Of a DNA stretch of 64,000 nucleotides, positions 1-12,320 are shown piece after piece. The notes beneath the pieces are model-generated. The model worked only from the letters and a program-made list of their open reading frames with translations. It searched no databases and was not told the DNA's origin. Every line of letters begins with the position of its first letter. The stretch's first letter is position 1. The position numbers were made by a program, and so were the translations under genes. The stretch is from the NCBI RefSeq assembly GCF_009914755.1, contig NC_060945.1. One strand, 5' to 3'. This DNA is from the human T2T-CHM13v2.0 reference genome, Homo sapiens.

Positions 1-72
1 ATCATTAAGAAAGCTACTTATTACCATGGCACAAACTTATTCAATTATTTCAAAATCATGTTTATTTGTAGG

Positions 73-376
73 TTTTTTTTTTCTTTTTTTTTTTAGACGG
101 AGTCTTGCTTTGTCACTCAGGCTGGAGTACAGTGGTGTGATCTTGGCTCACTGCAACCTCTGTCTCCTAGGTTCAAGCCATTCTCCTGCCTCAGCCTCCC
201 AAGTAGCTAGGATTACAGGTGTGTACCACCACACCTGGCTAATTTTTGTATTTTTAGTAGAGACGGGATTTCACCATGTTGGCCAGGCTCATCTCGAACT
301 CCTGACCTCAGGTGATCCCCCCCGCCATGGACTCCAAAAGTGCTGGGATTACAGGCGTGAGCCACTGTGCCTGGCC
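73..376 (-). mobile_element. Alu (AluS-like), full length
   Basis: Poly-T followed by reverse-complement Alu consensus ending ...gccactgtgcctggcc. Confidence 0.95.
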
Positions 377-1608
377 ATGTAGGTATGTTTTTACCATGAA
401 AATGGGAGCCAGTTCTCAATACCGACACAGAGTCCTCTTGCCAAATTGTATAGGTATAGGCAGGACATCATATAGGCTGGAATTTACAGAACTGTCTCCA
501 GCCAGCAGCCTTCTTATTAATTTCACAATGTGCAGCCAATTACTGAGTACTTGGGCAGTCCCTTCAAATTTCATATGGTGATGTTAAGTCTGTCATTTGT
601 GAATAAGGTCACTCCATGAGTTATTTTCTCTTTGGAATGAGGCATTTGCACATTTTATTTAAGTGAGAGCCAAATTAATAAGTGTTTCAGTATATAATTT
701 TGATTCAGTGAGTAAACACAGATTTTGGTTGTTGCTGGATTTATAGAGGAAGTTACCTGGTTTATTACTATGGAATGACGTAGGCTAGGACAACTGGTCA
801 CCTTGGAATTGTTTACATGCAGCCTACTAAAAACTAAGTATTAGCTTTGTAAGCATTTGAAAAATTATGACTATGTAGTTTATCTGCTGGTATTCTTGAG
901 AAATAGATAGAACTGGTTACCTAATTGCATACAGTAACTGGATACTCTTGCTACTAAAGGGGTGAACAATTCCCTGGTCTCTCCTGGACTTGAAATCATT
1001 CTCCTGGAATGACTGCAGCTGCAGTGGCACCTCCTAACCACCAGAGGGTGGAATATCAACATTTGGTATGAGGATGCAATTAAATATAAGAATTCTAGAG
1101 TGAGAATGCCAGGATTCTAAGCCAATATTTACAATCTCAAACTGTAACTTTGAACAGGTTCCATAAGTTTTCTATGTCATGGCTGTTTCATTAAAATAAA
1201 TGAGATATTGTATATGGTACCAGATTGCCTGCCACATATTGAATGATAAATAATAACAATTATTACTGATCAGGTTAGGAATCTTCATGCAGACTAAGAC
1301 GCTTCTCATTATAACATCAATCTAGGATTGATATAAAATTATAAGCAAAAACAAGCACAGTTTTTTTATGTTTATGATTATGTTGTTGATTTATAATTAT
1401 GTGTTAATTTTCACATTCCATTCCTTTAAAGGTTGGATTATACTTATTCCCATTAATGATGGAACTTGTCTCCATCTCTCAAGAGCTCAGCATTTGGTAG
1501 TTGTAACATTGAATAATTTATATGTCTTTTATATTTGATCATATGGCTATACTAAACTTCTTAATCACTTGTTTAGAAACATTGAAGTGAAATGAAATAA
1601 AATAACCA

Positions 1609-1905
1609 TTTTTTTTTTTTTTTTAGAGGCAGGGTCTTACTCTGTAGCCCAGGTTGGAGTGCAGTGGCGTGATCACAATTTGCAACCTCAAACTCCTGGA
1701 TTCAAGCAATCCTCCTACCTTGGTTTTCTGAATAGCTAGGACTACAGGCTCACACCACAACACTTGACTATTTTAAATTATTTTGTAGAGACAGGGGTTT
1801 CACTGTGCTGCCCAGGCTGGTTTTGAACCCCTGGCCTCAAGTGATCCTCCTGCCTCGCCCTCTCAAATTGCTGGGATTACAGGCATGAGCCACCATGCTT
1901 GGGCC
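1609..1905 (-). mobile_element. Alu (AluJ-like)
   Basis: Poly-T, then diverged Alu arms (agagacaggggtttcac..., gctgggattacaggcatgagccacc). Confidence 0.9.
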
Positions 1906-1986
1906 TAGTCACTCTCTTCATCCCAGTGGTCCCACAATTTATTTACCTCATCCTTGTCTTAGTTTTATCTCATCAACCAAACTTAT

Positions 1987-2076
1987 ACCAAATGACATAA
2001 GTTAATTTTAATCCATTCCTCTTCTCCATTCACCAAATGCCGTAAGTTAATTTTAATCCATTCCTCATCTCCATTC
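1987..2076. repeat. 45-bp tandem duplication (2 copies)
   Basis: accaaatgacataagttaattttaatccattcctcttctccattc at 1987-2031 repeated at 2032-2076 with 3 mismatches. Confidence 0.9.
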
Positions 2077-2474
2077 AAGAAGTTTCATACAGAACCATTG
2101 CATAACAATGGAGGAATACTAGAAAAAGCATGAAGAGATGTGGCTTTCAGCCTTGGATCCATCAACTCACTGCATAAATTTGGACAAGTCACTCTACCTC
2201 TCTGGATATCTTTCAAGATAATGAGTTTAGATGAGAAGCTCTCTAAGGTCCTGTCACATCCTATAATTTTCGGTCAGAATCTTAATAACGTAGAATTAAC
2301 ATTACATGACATCTCGTCAAATCTGTCTATTGAATGAAATCTTCACTTACATTTAAGACCATCTGATCTTTATTAAGATTACATATAAAATTTTAACAGG
2401 ACAGACCAAAGACTGAAGTCAGTACATTATTAGTTCCCACAGATGCTAGTCAATATCCACAACTGTAAAATTAG

Positions 2475-2548
2475 TAATCTTATGGTATTTAATCTTATAG
2501 TATTAATCTTATATTAATTCTTCTTATAGTATTAATCTTATAGTATTT
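2475..2548. repeat. Short AT-rich tandem repeat (~14-mer TAATCTTATAGTAT)
   Basis: About 5 imperfect copies visible. Confidence 0.75.
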
Positions 2549-3492
2549 GACAGCAACTCTTGAGAATAAATAAAAGTATATCTCTGCAGTCAAGTACACG
2601 TTAGTCTATCCCAAAAGAGGCTTTTTTGAGGGAAATGAATAACTTTTGTTAAACATAACATTCTATGAAATAAGTCAAGTACCATATAACCCTTCTCAGA
2701 CACTGTAATGCATATAGAAAAAAAAATTTAAGTTGTAGAATACTTCAAAATTCTTATGTGGAACACAGAAATAGTATTTTGCCAGCTTTCTCTGTTTCTA
2801 ATGAGAAATAGATATTTTATTATATGATAAAATAAATCACATGTGACATCATTTGTTCTCTGAGACTATCTCTAAATAATTTTGCTTCTTTGGCTAGTTC
2901 TTGGTCATTTACAATTCAATTATACGACACATTAATTCAAATAGCCAAACAAAAAACAAAAGAAGTAAAACATAAAAGTTGGAGGATTACACAGTGTCTA
3001 TGCGGCTCTTAATAATAAGTAATTGGAGAAAAGAATGAACCATGGTGTTTTGACCATCTGAGCATTATAGTCCACATTTTCCGACTCTTTGTTCCATTAT
3101 ATCTTGGATATGAAAGCATTATAGTTTACTGTAGTAATTATACACTTGTTTTTTGCTTCTTTTCCCAGATGTAGTTGTTCTTGCCTTCCTCTGAGGTTAT
3201 CTTTGAGTGAAGTTATTTTTCTATTTCTGGGTGATCCAGAAATGTGAATTGGTTTTTGATTTGTCTCACTTCTGTAGGCGCTGGAGTTGTGACAGTGTGT
3301 CATTGAGATATTGAGATTGTGCTAAATCAATTGTGATGATGATGATCAGAGGATTGTGACAACTAGCTTATCTAAAAAGAGTTCCACTAGCAAAAATGAA
3401 TGCGAGTTTGATGTGTCATTGACATATCCTGGGACTGTCACCTGGCTCAATTCCACTTATTTATTTAATATTTATTTATCTTTTATTGAGTA

Positions 3493-5686
3493 CAGGCATA
3501 CCACATTTTATTGTGCTTTTCTTTGTTGCACTGTGCAGATATTGCATGTTTTACAAATTAAAGATTTGTGGCAACACTGAGTCAAGCAAGGCTATCGGCA
3601 TCATTTTTCCAATAGTGTGTGCTCATTTCATGTCTCTGCCACATTTTGATAACTCTTGCGGTATTTCAGATTTTTTCATTATTATTTTATCTGTTATGGT
3701 GATCTGTGATCAGTGATGTTTAATGTTATTATTGTTAATTGTTTCGGGGCACCACGAACCACATCCACATAATGAAATGGGAAAAGTTCTTTTATTCTCC
3801 CTTGCAAGGCATGCAATGGGGTTGTGGCTCGCTTCTTTGGTGAGCCCCTGCTCAGACCTCTGGGGGAACAGGCAGATGGGCAGGCTGTGGGTCTCCCACC
3901 CTACAGCAGTGTCTAGGGTTGAATGTTTACACCTGTAGCCCCAGTGGGCATGAGTTACAGGGTGTTCTTTCAGTTTAGCCGTCCATAGGCAGCTTGTGTT
4001 AGCTCAATTACACCCTCTGCCTTATCACAAAGACAGGGGGCTTTCTGTATCCCAGAGTTTCTTGCCTTGGTATACCAGAAGAATCAGGGCACACATGGGC
4101 TTGGAGAATGAGTTGAGTGCAAGTTTTATTGGGTGGAAGTAGCTCTCAGCATATGGGGGAGCCAGAAGGGAGATGGAGTGGGAAGGTGGTTTTACCCTGG
4201 AGTTGGGCCCGTTCAGTGGCTGGGCTCTCCTCTAACTGCCCCGGCCAAACTTCGCATCATTCCGCTGGTTGACGGTCTGCAGGTCTGCCAGTGTCTGTCA
4301 GTGTGCTCTTACACAAGTGCATTCCTCTTGACGTCCAGCCACTTGTGTCTTCTGCCAGTCTGTTCCTCTTGACGTCCAGCTGCTTGTGTGCATGCCCACT
4401 AGGGTCTCGGGTTTTTCATAGGTACAGGATGGGGGCGTGGCAGGACAAGTGGTCTTGGGTAATGCAACATTTCGGCACAAAATAAGAAATGGCTGTCCTC
4501 ACCTAGGTCCGTGGGCACAGGCCCAGGGGGTGGAGCCATAGCCAGGGACCCACCTTTCTCTACCCAGAACTTCCCTGCCCCCTCCCATATCAATAAGACA
4601 ACAAACTTAATAAATCAAATGTTGTGTGTGTTACAACCGTTCCATCGAATGGTACACCCCTGTCTCTCTCCCTTTCTTCAGGCTTCCCTCTTCCCTGAGA
4701 CACAACAATATTGCAATTAGTCCAATCAATAACCCTAAAATGGCCTCTGTGTGTTCAAGTGAGAGGAAGAGTCACATACCCTTATTTTAAATCAAAAGCT
4801 AAAAATGATTAAGCTTAGTGAGGAAGCCAATGTTGAAAGCTGAGATAGACTGAAAGCTAGGCCTCTTGCACCAAATAGCTAACTTGTGAATGCAAAGGAA
4901 AAGTCCTTAAAGGAAATTAAAAGTGCTAACCTATACTAACGAAAAAAATGATACTCTATATGAACACACAAATGATAAGAAAGCAAAACAAGCTCCTTGC
5001 TGATATGGAGAAAGTTTTAGCAGCCTGGATAGAAGATCAAACCAGCCACAACATTCCCTTAAGCCAAAACCTAATCCAGGGGGAGGCGCTAACTCTCTTC
5101 AATTGTATGAATACTGAGAGAGGTAAGGAAGCTTTAGAAGAAAAGTCAGAAGCTAGCAGAGGCTGATTCATGAGGTTTAAGGAAGGAAGCCATCTCTATA
5201 ACATAAAAGTGCAAGGTAAAGCAGTAAGTGCTGATGGAGAAACTGCTGCAAGTTATCCAGAAGATCTAGCCAAGATCATTGAAGAAGGTGGCTACACAAA
5301 ACAGCAGAATTTCAATGTAGATAAAAGAGCATTCTGTTGGAAGATAACATCATCTAGGACTTTCATAGTTAGAGAGAAGTCAATGCCTGGCTCCAAAGTT
5401 TCAAAGGACAGGCTGACTCTTTTTTATGGGCTAATGCAGCTGGTGACAAGTTGAAGCCAATGCTCATTTACCATTCTGAAAATCACAAGGCCCTTAAGTA
5501 TTATTGTAAATCTATTCCACTTGTGCTCTGTAAAAGGAACAACAAAGCCTGGATGACAGCACATCTGTTTACAGCATGGTTTACTGAATATTTGAAGCCC
5601 ATGGTTGAGACCTACTACTAAAGAAAGATTCCTTTCAAAATATTAGTGCTCGTTGACTATGCACCTAGTCACCCAAGAGCTTTGAA
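3493..5686 (+). mobile_element. Tigger1 DNA transposon, 3'-truncated, split by an LTR at 3773-4592
   Basis: TA + CAGGCATACC terminal repeat at 3491-3502; disrupted transposase fragments ([41 protein letters not shown]) in ORFs 4948-5166 and 5170-5454. Confidence 0.92.
3773..4592 (-). mobile_element. ERV1-class solo LTR (LTR1/LTR27/LTR28-like)
   Basis: TG...CA ends, perfect 4-bp TSD ATAA (3769-3772 / 4593-4596), homologous to the LTR at 50449-51199; subfamily uncertain. Confidence 0.85.
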
Positions 5687-5967
5687 AGGGGCTGGAGGGA
5701 AGGCAGAAATGGGCTGCAAATGGGCTTTGCAATTATATTAAGGGGTCTTCATTGGGAAGGAGGATTGTTGAAGGTTTTAAATGAGTGTCTCATTTAAAAA
5801 CATGTTATCTACGAGTAACAGAAATTGTAATTCAAAATGGCTTAAGCGATAAGAAATTTTATTGGCTTACATAAACCAGTGTCCAGAAGTGAGATGGTCC
5901 AGGTTCTGTCCTCCTGCATTTCTCTTGGTTCTGGCCTCTTTCATTTGATGGTTTAATTTTCAGGTTA

Positions 5968-6288
5968 GATCGGGTATGGTGGCTCACACCTGTAATCCCA
6001 GCACTTTGGGAGGCTGAGGCAGGCAGAACACTTGAGGTCAGGAGTTCGTCAACAGCCTGGCCAACATGGCAAAACCCCATCTCTACAAAAAATACAAAAA
6101 CTAGCTGGGCGTGGTGGCATGCACCTGTAATCCCAGCTACTCAGGAGGCTGAGGCAGGAGAGAATCGTTGGAGGCAGGAGAGAATCACTTGGAACCAGGA
6201 GGAAGAGGTTATAGTGAGCTGAGATTGTGCCACTGCACTCCAGCCTGGGCAACAGAGGGAGACCCTGTCTCAAGAAAAAAAAAAAAAA
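5968..6288 (+). mobile_element. Alu (AluS-like) with internal 20-bp tandem duplication
   Basis: Alu consensus with poly-A; gaggcaggagagaatc duplicated at 6151-6190. Confidence 0.93.
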
Positions 6289-6373
6289 TTCAGGCCATAT
6301 GCAAAACGGATGCAGCATTCCACATATAACAAAGTCCAGAGGTAGAGAGAATCGTTTTAAGAAATCCCAGAGA

Positions 6374-6712
<339 letters not shown>

Positions 6713-7718
6713 TCAGATCACATGCTCATTCCTGAGCCAATCACTTTCAGTAGGCATTGGGGCGCTCTAGAGTAGCCAAATTCAATCCTTAAGCCTAAGG
6801 CATAATCACGTTCATTTGCAGGACTATGTGTGGACGAGGAGGGATGCACAAACAAAATCCAATTTCCATAGAAAGAAGAGCGAGAAGGAAAACAGCTGTG
6901 AGAGCAGTGAACGATGAGCTACCCACCTCCATTTAGATATTTGAAAATGTATATGACTGTGTTCCACTTAATGTAAGAATATAATGGACTGTCTAGTTTT
7001 GCATCCAGATACAAGCCCAGGATATCAAGAGGTAAAGTCTTATCTCTCAGTCCGTGTCACCTATGCATGATACTGCCAGGTTTCAGACAGTTTTCAGGTG
7101 ACTTCTATTATAACACCGGATGGCTTTATAGTGACCTAATGAAAGGAGGAGGGAGTGAACCATCAAATTAAAAAAAAAAAAACTCTTAGATATTATATTC
7201 TTCTTATTATAGTGGAATGCATACATCTTTAATTTCATGTATACCTAAACTATTTGTTTCATTACACTTGCTACTGAACTCAGTTAAAATCCTGACCTCA
7301 GAATTTCATTGTGGCTTATATATGTCTGGGAAGGAAGATTACAGGAAGGATTTTGATAATGTTCTCATAAAAACAGCCAGGCTAGTACTTGCTAAAACAT
7401 CACTGCTGTCTCTGGATATTTTCTTCCTAGACTAGACCCATGAGTAGCTTAACCAAAGTGAAGTGTCCTGATTAGGCCTAAATGGCCATGAATAGAAAAA
7501 CAGAGATAATCTCCTGTCCTATCTCTGAGTCTACTTGGCAGAAATTCCCAGGAACTAGATCTCTGTTGTTAGAAAACTCTGCCTATCAAGGAACCTACTC
7601 CTTTCCCTCAAAGTGAATATTTTATTTTTAGACAAAAAGTGGGGGTTTCAAATTCCCGACAGACATCTTATAAAGAAAATTAACACAAGATTTGTGATCT
7701 GATATCAGATTAAATGAG

Positions 7719-7724
7719 TTTATT
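7719..7724 (-). terminator. Poly(A) signal AATAAA for the KRTAP23-1 locus (ATTAAA alternative at 7829-7834)
   Basis: tttatt on plus; context taaatgagtttatt resembles the KRTAP13-2 signal context taaatgaatttatt. Confidence 0.65.
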
Positions 7725-7947
7725 TGAAGAAAAAGAAATCAACTCTTGCTCCATTTTTAACTAGAGAAGGAAGGGAAAATACAAGAAAACAGAAGAAAAA
7801 GAGATGAGTATTCTATGAGAAATGTTATTTTAATATTAATAAGTTTAAAACAATTATCTTTTCTGGATAGTAGAATATAGGTTCTAGCCAGATGATAGCT
7901 GAGATGGACTTTGAGAGAAATAATTGTAATGTGGAGGTTTGGAGCCC

Positions 7948-8352
7948 TTAGCAAGTTGATCGGTAGAAGCCAGATCCACAAGTTGGTCTGTAACAGGAAG
8001 ACTGGAATGTCCTAAAGAGAACATATGTTGGGTGGCAGAATCCAGATCCATAGCCCAGGGAAGGGAAGCCACAGCCTCCATAACCCAGGGATCTGACGCC
8101 ACTGGACCCACGGCCCACTGAGTAGCAGCTCCTAGATCCATAGCCCAGGGAGCGGCAGCTGCTGGATCCAAAGCCTAGAGACTCAGAGTAAGTCGACTGG
8201 CAGGGACTGCAGAGCACGGAGCTTCTGGGGCGGTAGCAGGAGGTCTGGCAGGGGCTGGACTCCACACAGGACATCTGGCAGCTAGGGGTTTCCCAGCAAG
8301 TCTCCTGAAAGCCCTTGCAGAGAGAGGAACCCAGCTGGCAGGTGCTGGGAGA
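7948..8352 (-). pseudogene. Open remainder (134 codons + TAA) of the ancestral KRTAP13-like CDS, overlapping and downstream of the KRTAP23-1 stop; includes ATG-initiated 108-aa ORF 8274-7948
   Basis: Translates SPSTCQLGSSLCKGFQETCWETPSCQMSCVESSPCQTSCYRPR...CYRPTCGSGFYRSTC*, colinear with KRTAP13-2. Confidence 0.9.
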
Positions 8353-8479
8353 TCAAAGGTTCAGTGCTGTAGACCAGGTTGCTGGGGTACGAGGAGCCAC
8401 CACGGGAGTAGCCTGAGTAGCACAGGTAGCCCTCACAGGAATGGGAGGAGAAGTTTCCACAGCAGCAGTTGTAGGACAT
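8282..8479 (-). CDS. KRTAP23-1: Keratin-associated protein 23-1 (65 aa)
   Basis: ATG 8479; MSYNCCCGNFSSHSCEGYLCYSGYSRGGSSYPSNLVYSTEPLISQHLPAGFLSLQGLSGDLLGNP*; shares the 5'UTR ctcagctgaactcacatctcc with the KRTAP13 genes. Confidence 0.9.
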   Translation of the reverse strand: MSYNCCCGNFSSHSCEGYLCYSGYSRGGSSYPSNLVYSTEPLISQHLPAGFLSLQGLSGDLLGNP

Positions 8480-8561
8480 GTTGACAGGAGATGTGAGTTC
8501 AGCTGAGCTGCATTGAGAAGATGCCCTGATGTCCCTGCCTGTGCCCAATGATCCAGTGATG

Positions 8562-8587
8562 TTTACACCCTCACACTGCTGGGCGTG
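8562..8587 (-). promoter_or_regulatory. KRTAP23-1 core promoter: CACGCCC box + degenerate TATA (TGTAAA)
   Basis: Same order and distance from ATG (~80 nt) as CACACCC + TATATAA in both KRTAP13 genes. Confidence 0.6.
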
Positions 8588-8730
8588 ATGCAGTATCCGG
8601 GAACCCCCCCATTCTTGTGAATGTGTTTTCATCAAATGACTAAGTAACCTAGGTTATAATTATAACTCAACACATTCATTTGTCTTTAACAGCAGTGTAA
8701 TCATTCCAGTTTATAGAAGCCCATTGGCTT

Positions 8731-8749
8731 CTCTCTCTCTCTCTCTCTG

Positions 8750-8784
<35 letters not shown>
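8731..8784. repeat. (CT)n/(GA)n microsatellite
   Basis: Direct inspection. Confidence 0.95.
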
Positions 8785-8787
<3 letters not shown>

Positions 8788-10060
8788 GAAATAAGGTTTG
8801 GTTTGCTTTCAGAAACATTGGTGATGATACATACAGTGCCTCCCCACCCCTTTTACTGAGCTTGACTGTGGGTATTCTGAGCTTCAGCCTACAAATTCTT
8901 ACCAGCAATGTACTCCCAACAGTAATCAGCAGCCACCCACCCCCCATTATTTACATATGTTTTATTAAGCATTAACTACATGCGCAACATTTAAAAGTGT
9001 GGTATGATTTAATCTTTGCAAATATCTTATGAGATACAAGTTGTCATAAACAATTTAGAAGTAAGGCCATGGAGGTTTGGAAAAGTTATGTAACATTCAG
9101 GTAATAAATCAAACAAATCATGGACCCCATGTCATCCCAGGTGTGTCTGTCTTTAAGGCTAGCACAAACCACAGAGCTATATAGACAATTTGTGAAGCTT
9201 GTAATTTCTGCTCCCAGAATCACATGGACAATTGAGTATGCAGGTGAAAAAAAAATTCCAAGGTGTTAATATTTGCATTTCATCTGATATATCTACTTGA
9301 GTATTCTTACCCCTTTTATGAATTCCCCAAATATAGCCAACTGAGGGGACAGCTTCTTAATTGATTTTGGTTATTTTTTTAGTATTCAGAGTTACTATGG
9401 AGATGCTTTGTTACAAATTATCTTCTATTTGCCCTCTCACTCAGTTTATCCTAGTTAAGCAACTCATGTTTTATCCACCATGGAGTTATTAGATTCTTTT
9501 TCAGTGTGAGGCAGAAAATTCTTTGGCAAACACAGACTTTCACTGGGACTAGTTGCGAAAAACTGATATGCCTTTAGTGAGTTGACTACCAATAAAATAC
9601 ATTTGCAGAAGCTTGAATTTTAATAGGGTGCCGACCTTTTGCCAACTCAGTTGGGAGTGAGAAATACGACACCTTCCAGAGTGATTCATTTCACTCCTTG
9701 CTGAGCTTCTCTTGTTCATCCTTCTAGGAAGACAAAGCAGCATAAAATTTACCATTATATTAAGTGGTTAAAATTATCTTTACCACTATAAAACATCAGT
9801 GGTATAAAGAAAAATCTTGGAATTAGAAATGTCTTTTTCCCCACTTGTTATCATATCCAACTTCTGCCTTCAAGCATCTTTTAGAAATTGGAAAGCAAAA
9901 AGCTATTTATGTAATTTGATCTTTTCAAACTGTTTCATAGATGATTGTTTTTTGTAATCTCCTGTAATATTTGCTTATCTGGCAACAATGGAATATTTTG
10001 TCCATTGTTTTGCTAACAAATTTCTACCAAATGCATTGCTCACATTGCACCAAATCCCTT

Positions 10061-10480
10061 TGTGAAAGATGTACCAAAATGGAGTCATTTATGTCAAACT
10101 CTAACAAAATGGGGTCAAGAGAGGCCACAAAAAAAATCCTCGTGCACACATGCCTGTAACAAGGGTTATCACAAGACCTTCTTCAAATTGCACTATTCCA
10201 GATAAATAGGTTCCAGGACAGTTACCTAGCAACAGCTGTCTTTACCAATAAACAAATGTCAACTCCTACAATGAGCTTTTGACCCGTGAACTTGTCTCAA
10301 AGCAGCTTACCTGGACCTCTCTTTGTATTTAAAAACTTCTCCTGTGCCCTAACCCCTTGGATGTGCCTATGATCCATCATCCACCATAGCATGCACATTC
10401 CTAGATTGCACTTCGCTGCTCTTTCCAATTAAAACTCATTTGTTCTGAAGAGCATATGTGAGTTTCTTTTTAGGTTGACA
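10061..10480 (+). mobile_element. Probable ERV1 (MER4-group) solo LTR
   Basis: Starts TG, contains aaaatggagtca...gtcaaac, ends TTTAGGTTGACA with ATTAAA upstream; no clean TSD. Confidence 0.5.
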
Positions 10481-11587
10481 CTTCTCATCCCTCAATGCCA
10501 AAATCAAACTCCTCCTATCAGATAGGTGTTCATCTCAACTAGACTTAGCTCTTCAGGAACAAAGATCTCAGTATTTTGTAATCTAGTTCACACACACACA
10601 CACTGTGGAGGATTTGCAAGGGATGTACTTTGAAATGGCTCATGCAGGATGAATAATATTTCAGCTTGCAGGGAAATTACATATGTGAGAAGAACGAAGA
10701 ACGCAATGCACAGAAGTTTTGTGGGGTGAGTGATGATGCTTAGTCTTCTTTGACCTAATTCCTGGCACATCATGGGTGCTCATAGATTATTTATATCAAA
10801 TAATTAACTTTTATTTTACTTTCACTCAAGATAAATGTATGCATGTGAAAATAATGTTTCTGCTTTTAAAGTTACCTCTAATTAAAAGTGAAATGAATAT
10901 TAAATCTATCTTTTATAATGAATATATCCCCAAGTTAATCATAACCAGTAAACCAAGGCCTGTTAAGATAGAGCACCTCTTAGAAGATGAACGGAGGATG
11001 GAAATTATGGTTTTAGTGCGTAGGGGAATATTCTGAACAATCTTTATAGTCCTTGTATGTGAATGTGCACTTGTTCTCTTCTCATTACACAAGGCAACAG
11101 GATCAAATAAACCATAATTGGTAAAGGTGCTCAGTTAGGTTAGCCAGAAGTCTGGGTACAACTTTACATGGCAGTAGTATTTTAATTATGGCTTCTTTCC
11201 ATTATACTACAGATGCAAAGACCGTACACACTACCCAGGCATTTCTCTTAGCTCAAATTCTCCATCACAACCAGCTATATAGCAGCTTTCCTGAATCACT
11301 GTGGTATCAAAGTCTTTTAATTAGTTTTCCTCTATTCCTGTAGCCATATCAATGTTATTTAGGGGATGTCCAGCAGTCTATTATAGCCACTATTAATCTC
11401 AGCTATTTTATAATTTCTCAAACTCAATGTAATTTTTTAAAAGATAAAAAATAACTACAATTTTTTAAAATTAAAAATGTACGTAAGTTACTTTTGGAAC
11501 TTGGAATACTCTTCTAAAAATAGATACCACTATAATTTTTTCAGAAAGTAAAATTCTTCATATATGTAACTTAAGGCAATGCAATAG

Positions 11588-11589
11588 TT

Positions 11590-11624
<35 letters not shown>

Positions 11625-11906
11625 TTTTTTAAACAGGGTCTCACTCCCATGGCCCAGGCTGAAGTGCAGTGGTGTGATCTTGGCTAACTGCAGCCTGGAG
11701 TTCACCAGCTCAAGAGATCCTCCCACCTCAGCTTCCCAAGTAACTGGTACTACAGGAAGGCACCACCAGGCCTGGCTTTTTGTTTTTTTAATTTTTAGTA
11801 GAGATGTGGTCTCTCTATGTTGCCCATGCTTGAGCTCAAATGCCTGGGCTCCCCACCTTAGCCTCCCATAGTTCTAGGATTACAGGCATGAGCCCTTGTG
11901 CCCGGC
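11588..11906 (-). mobile_element. Alu (AluJ-like) with (TTTA)n tail
   Basis: Diverged Alu consensus. Confidence 0.9.
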
Positions 11907-12320
11907 TTTATACAATAGTTTTAAATATAAAGAGCCACTTCTTTATTAAGTAAATTAGAAGACATCCCTCTAAGAATTTAAACACATTTAAATATATATT
12001 CACTATGGATGTGTGTATATCTATCTATCTATCTATGTATCTCCATAAATTTTGAGAAAGATCAAATATTATGGTTATATATTTACTGAATTAGGAAATT
12101 TTGCCGAAATACTTTGCATCACTCATGTCACCTTTTTATAAAGCTGTTTGGATCTGAAAGTGCTTTCGTGGATTTCACACTAATGCTTTATAGCATTGAA
12201 GGAGCTATAATCATAGAATAATAATTTGTCATCTGAGGAAATGATGTCATGCAGTCAAAAAGCTGCAAGCTTGGGATTGGAATGCATGTCCCTGGCTCTG
12301 AGTCCAATTCTTTCTTCCAG

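Noticed and set aside
26-428. Numerous 60-145-aa ORFs overlapping Alus throughout the window
   Set aside because: Standard Alu translation products ([13 protein letters not shown]...), not genes
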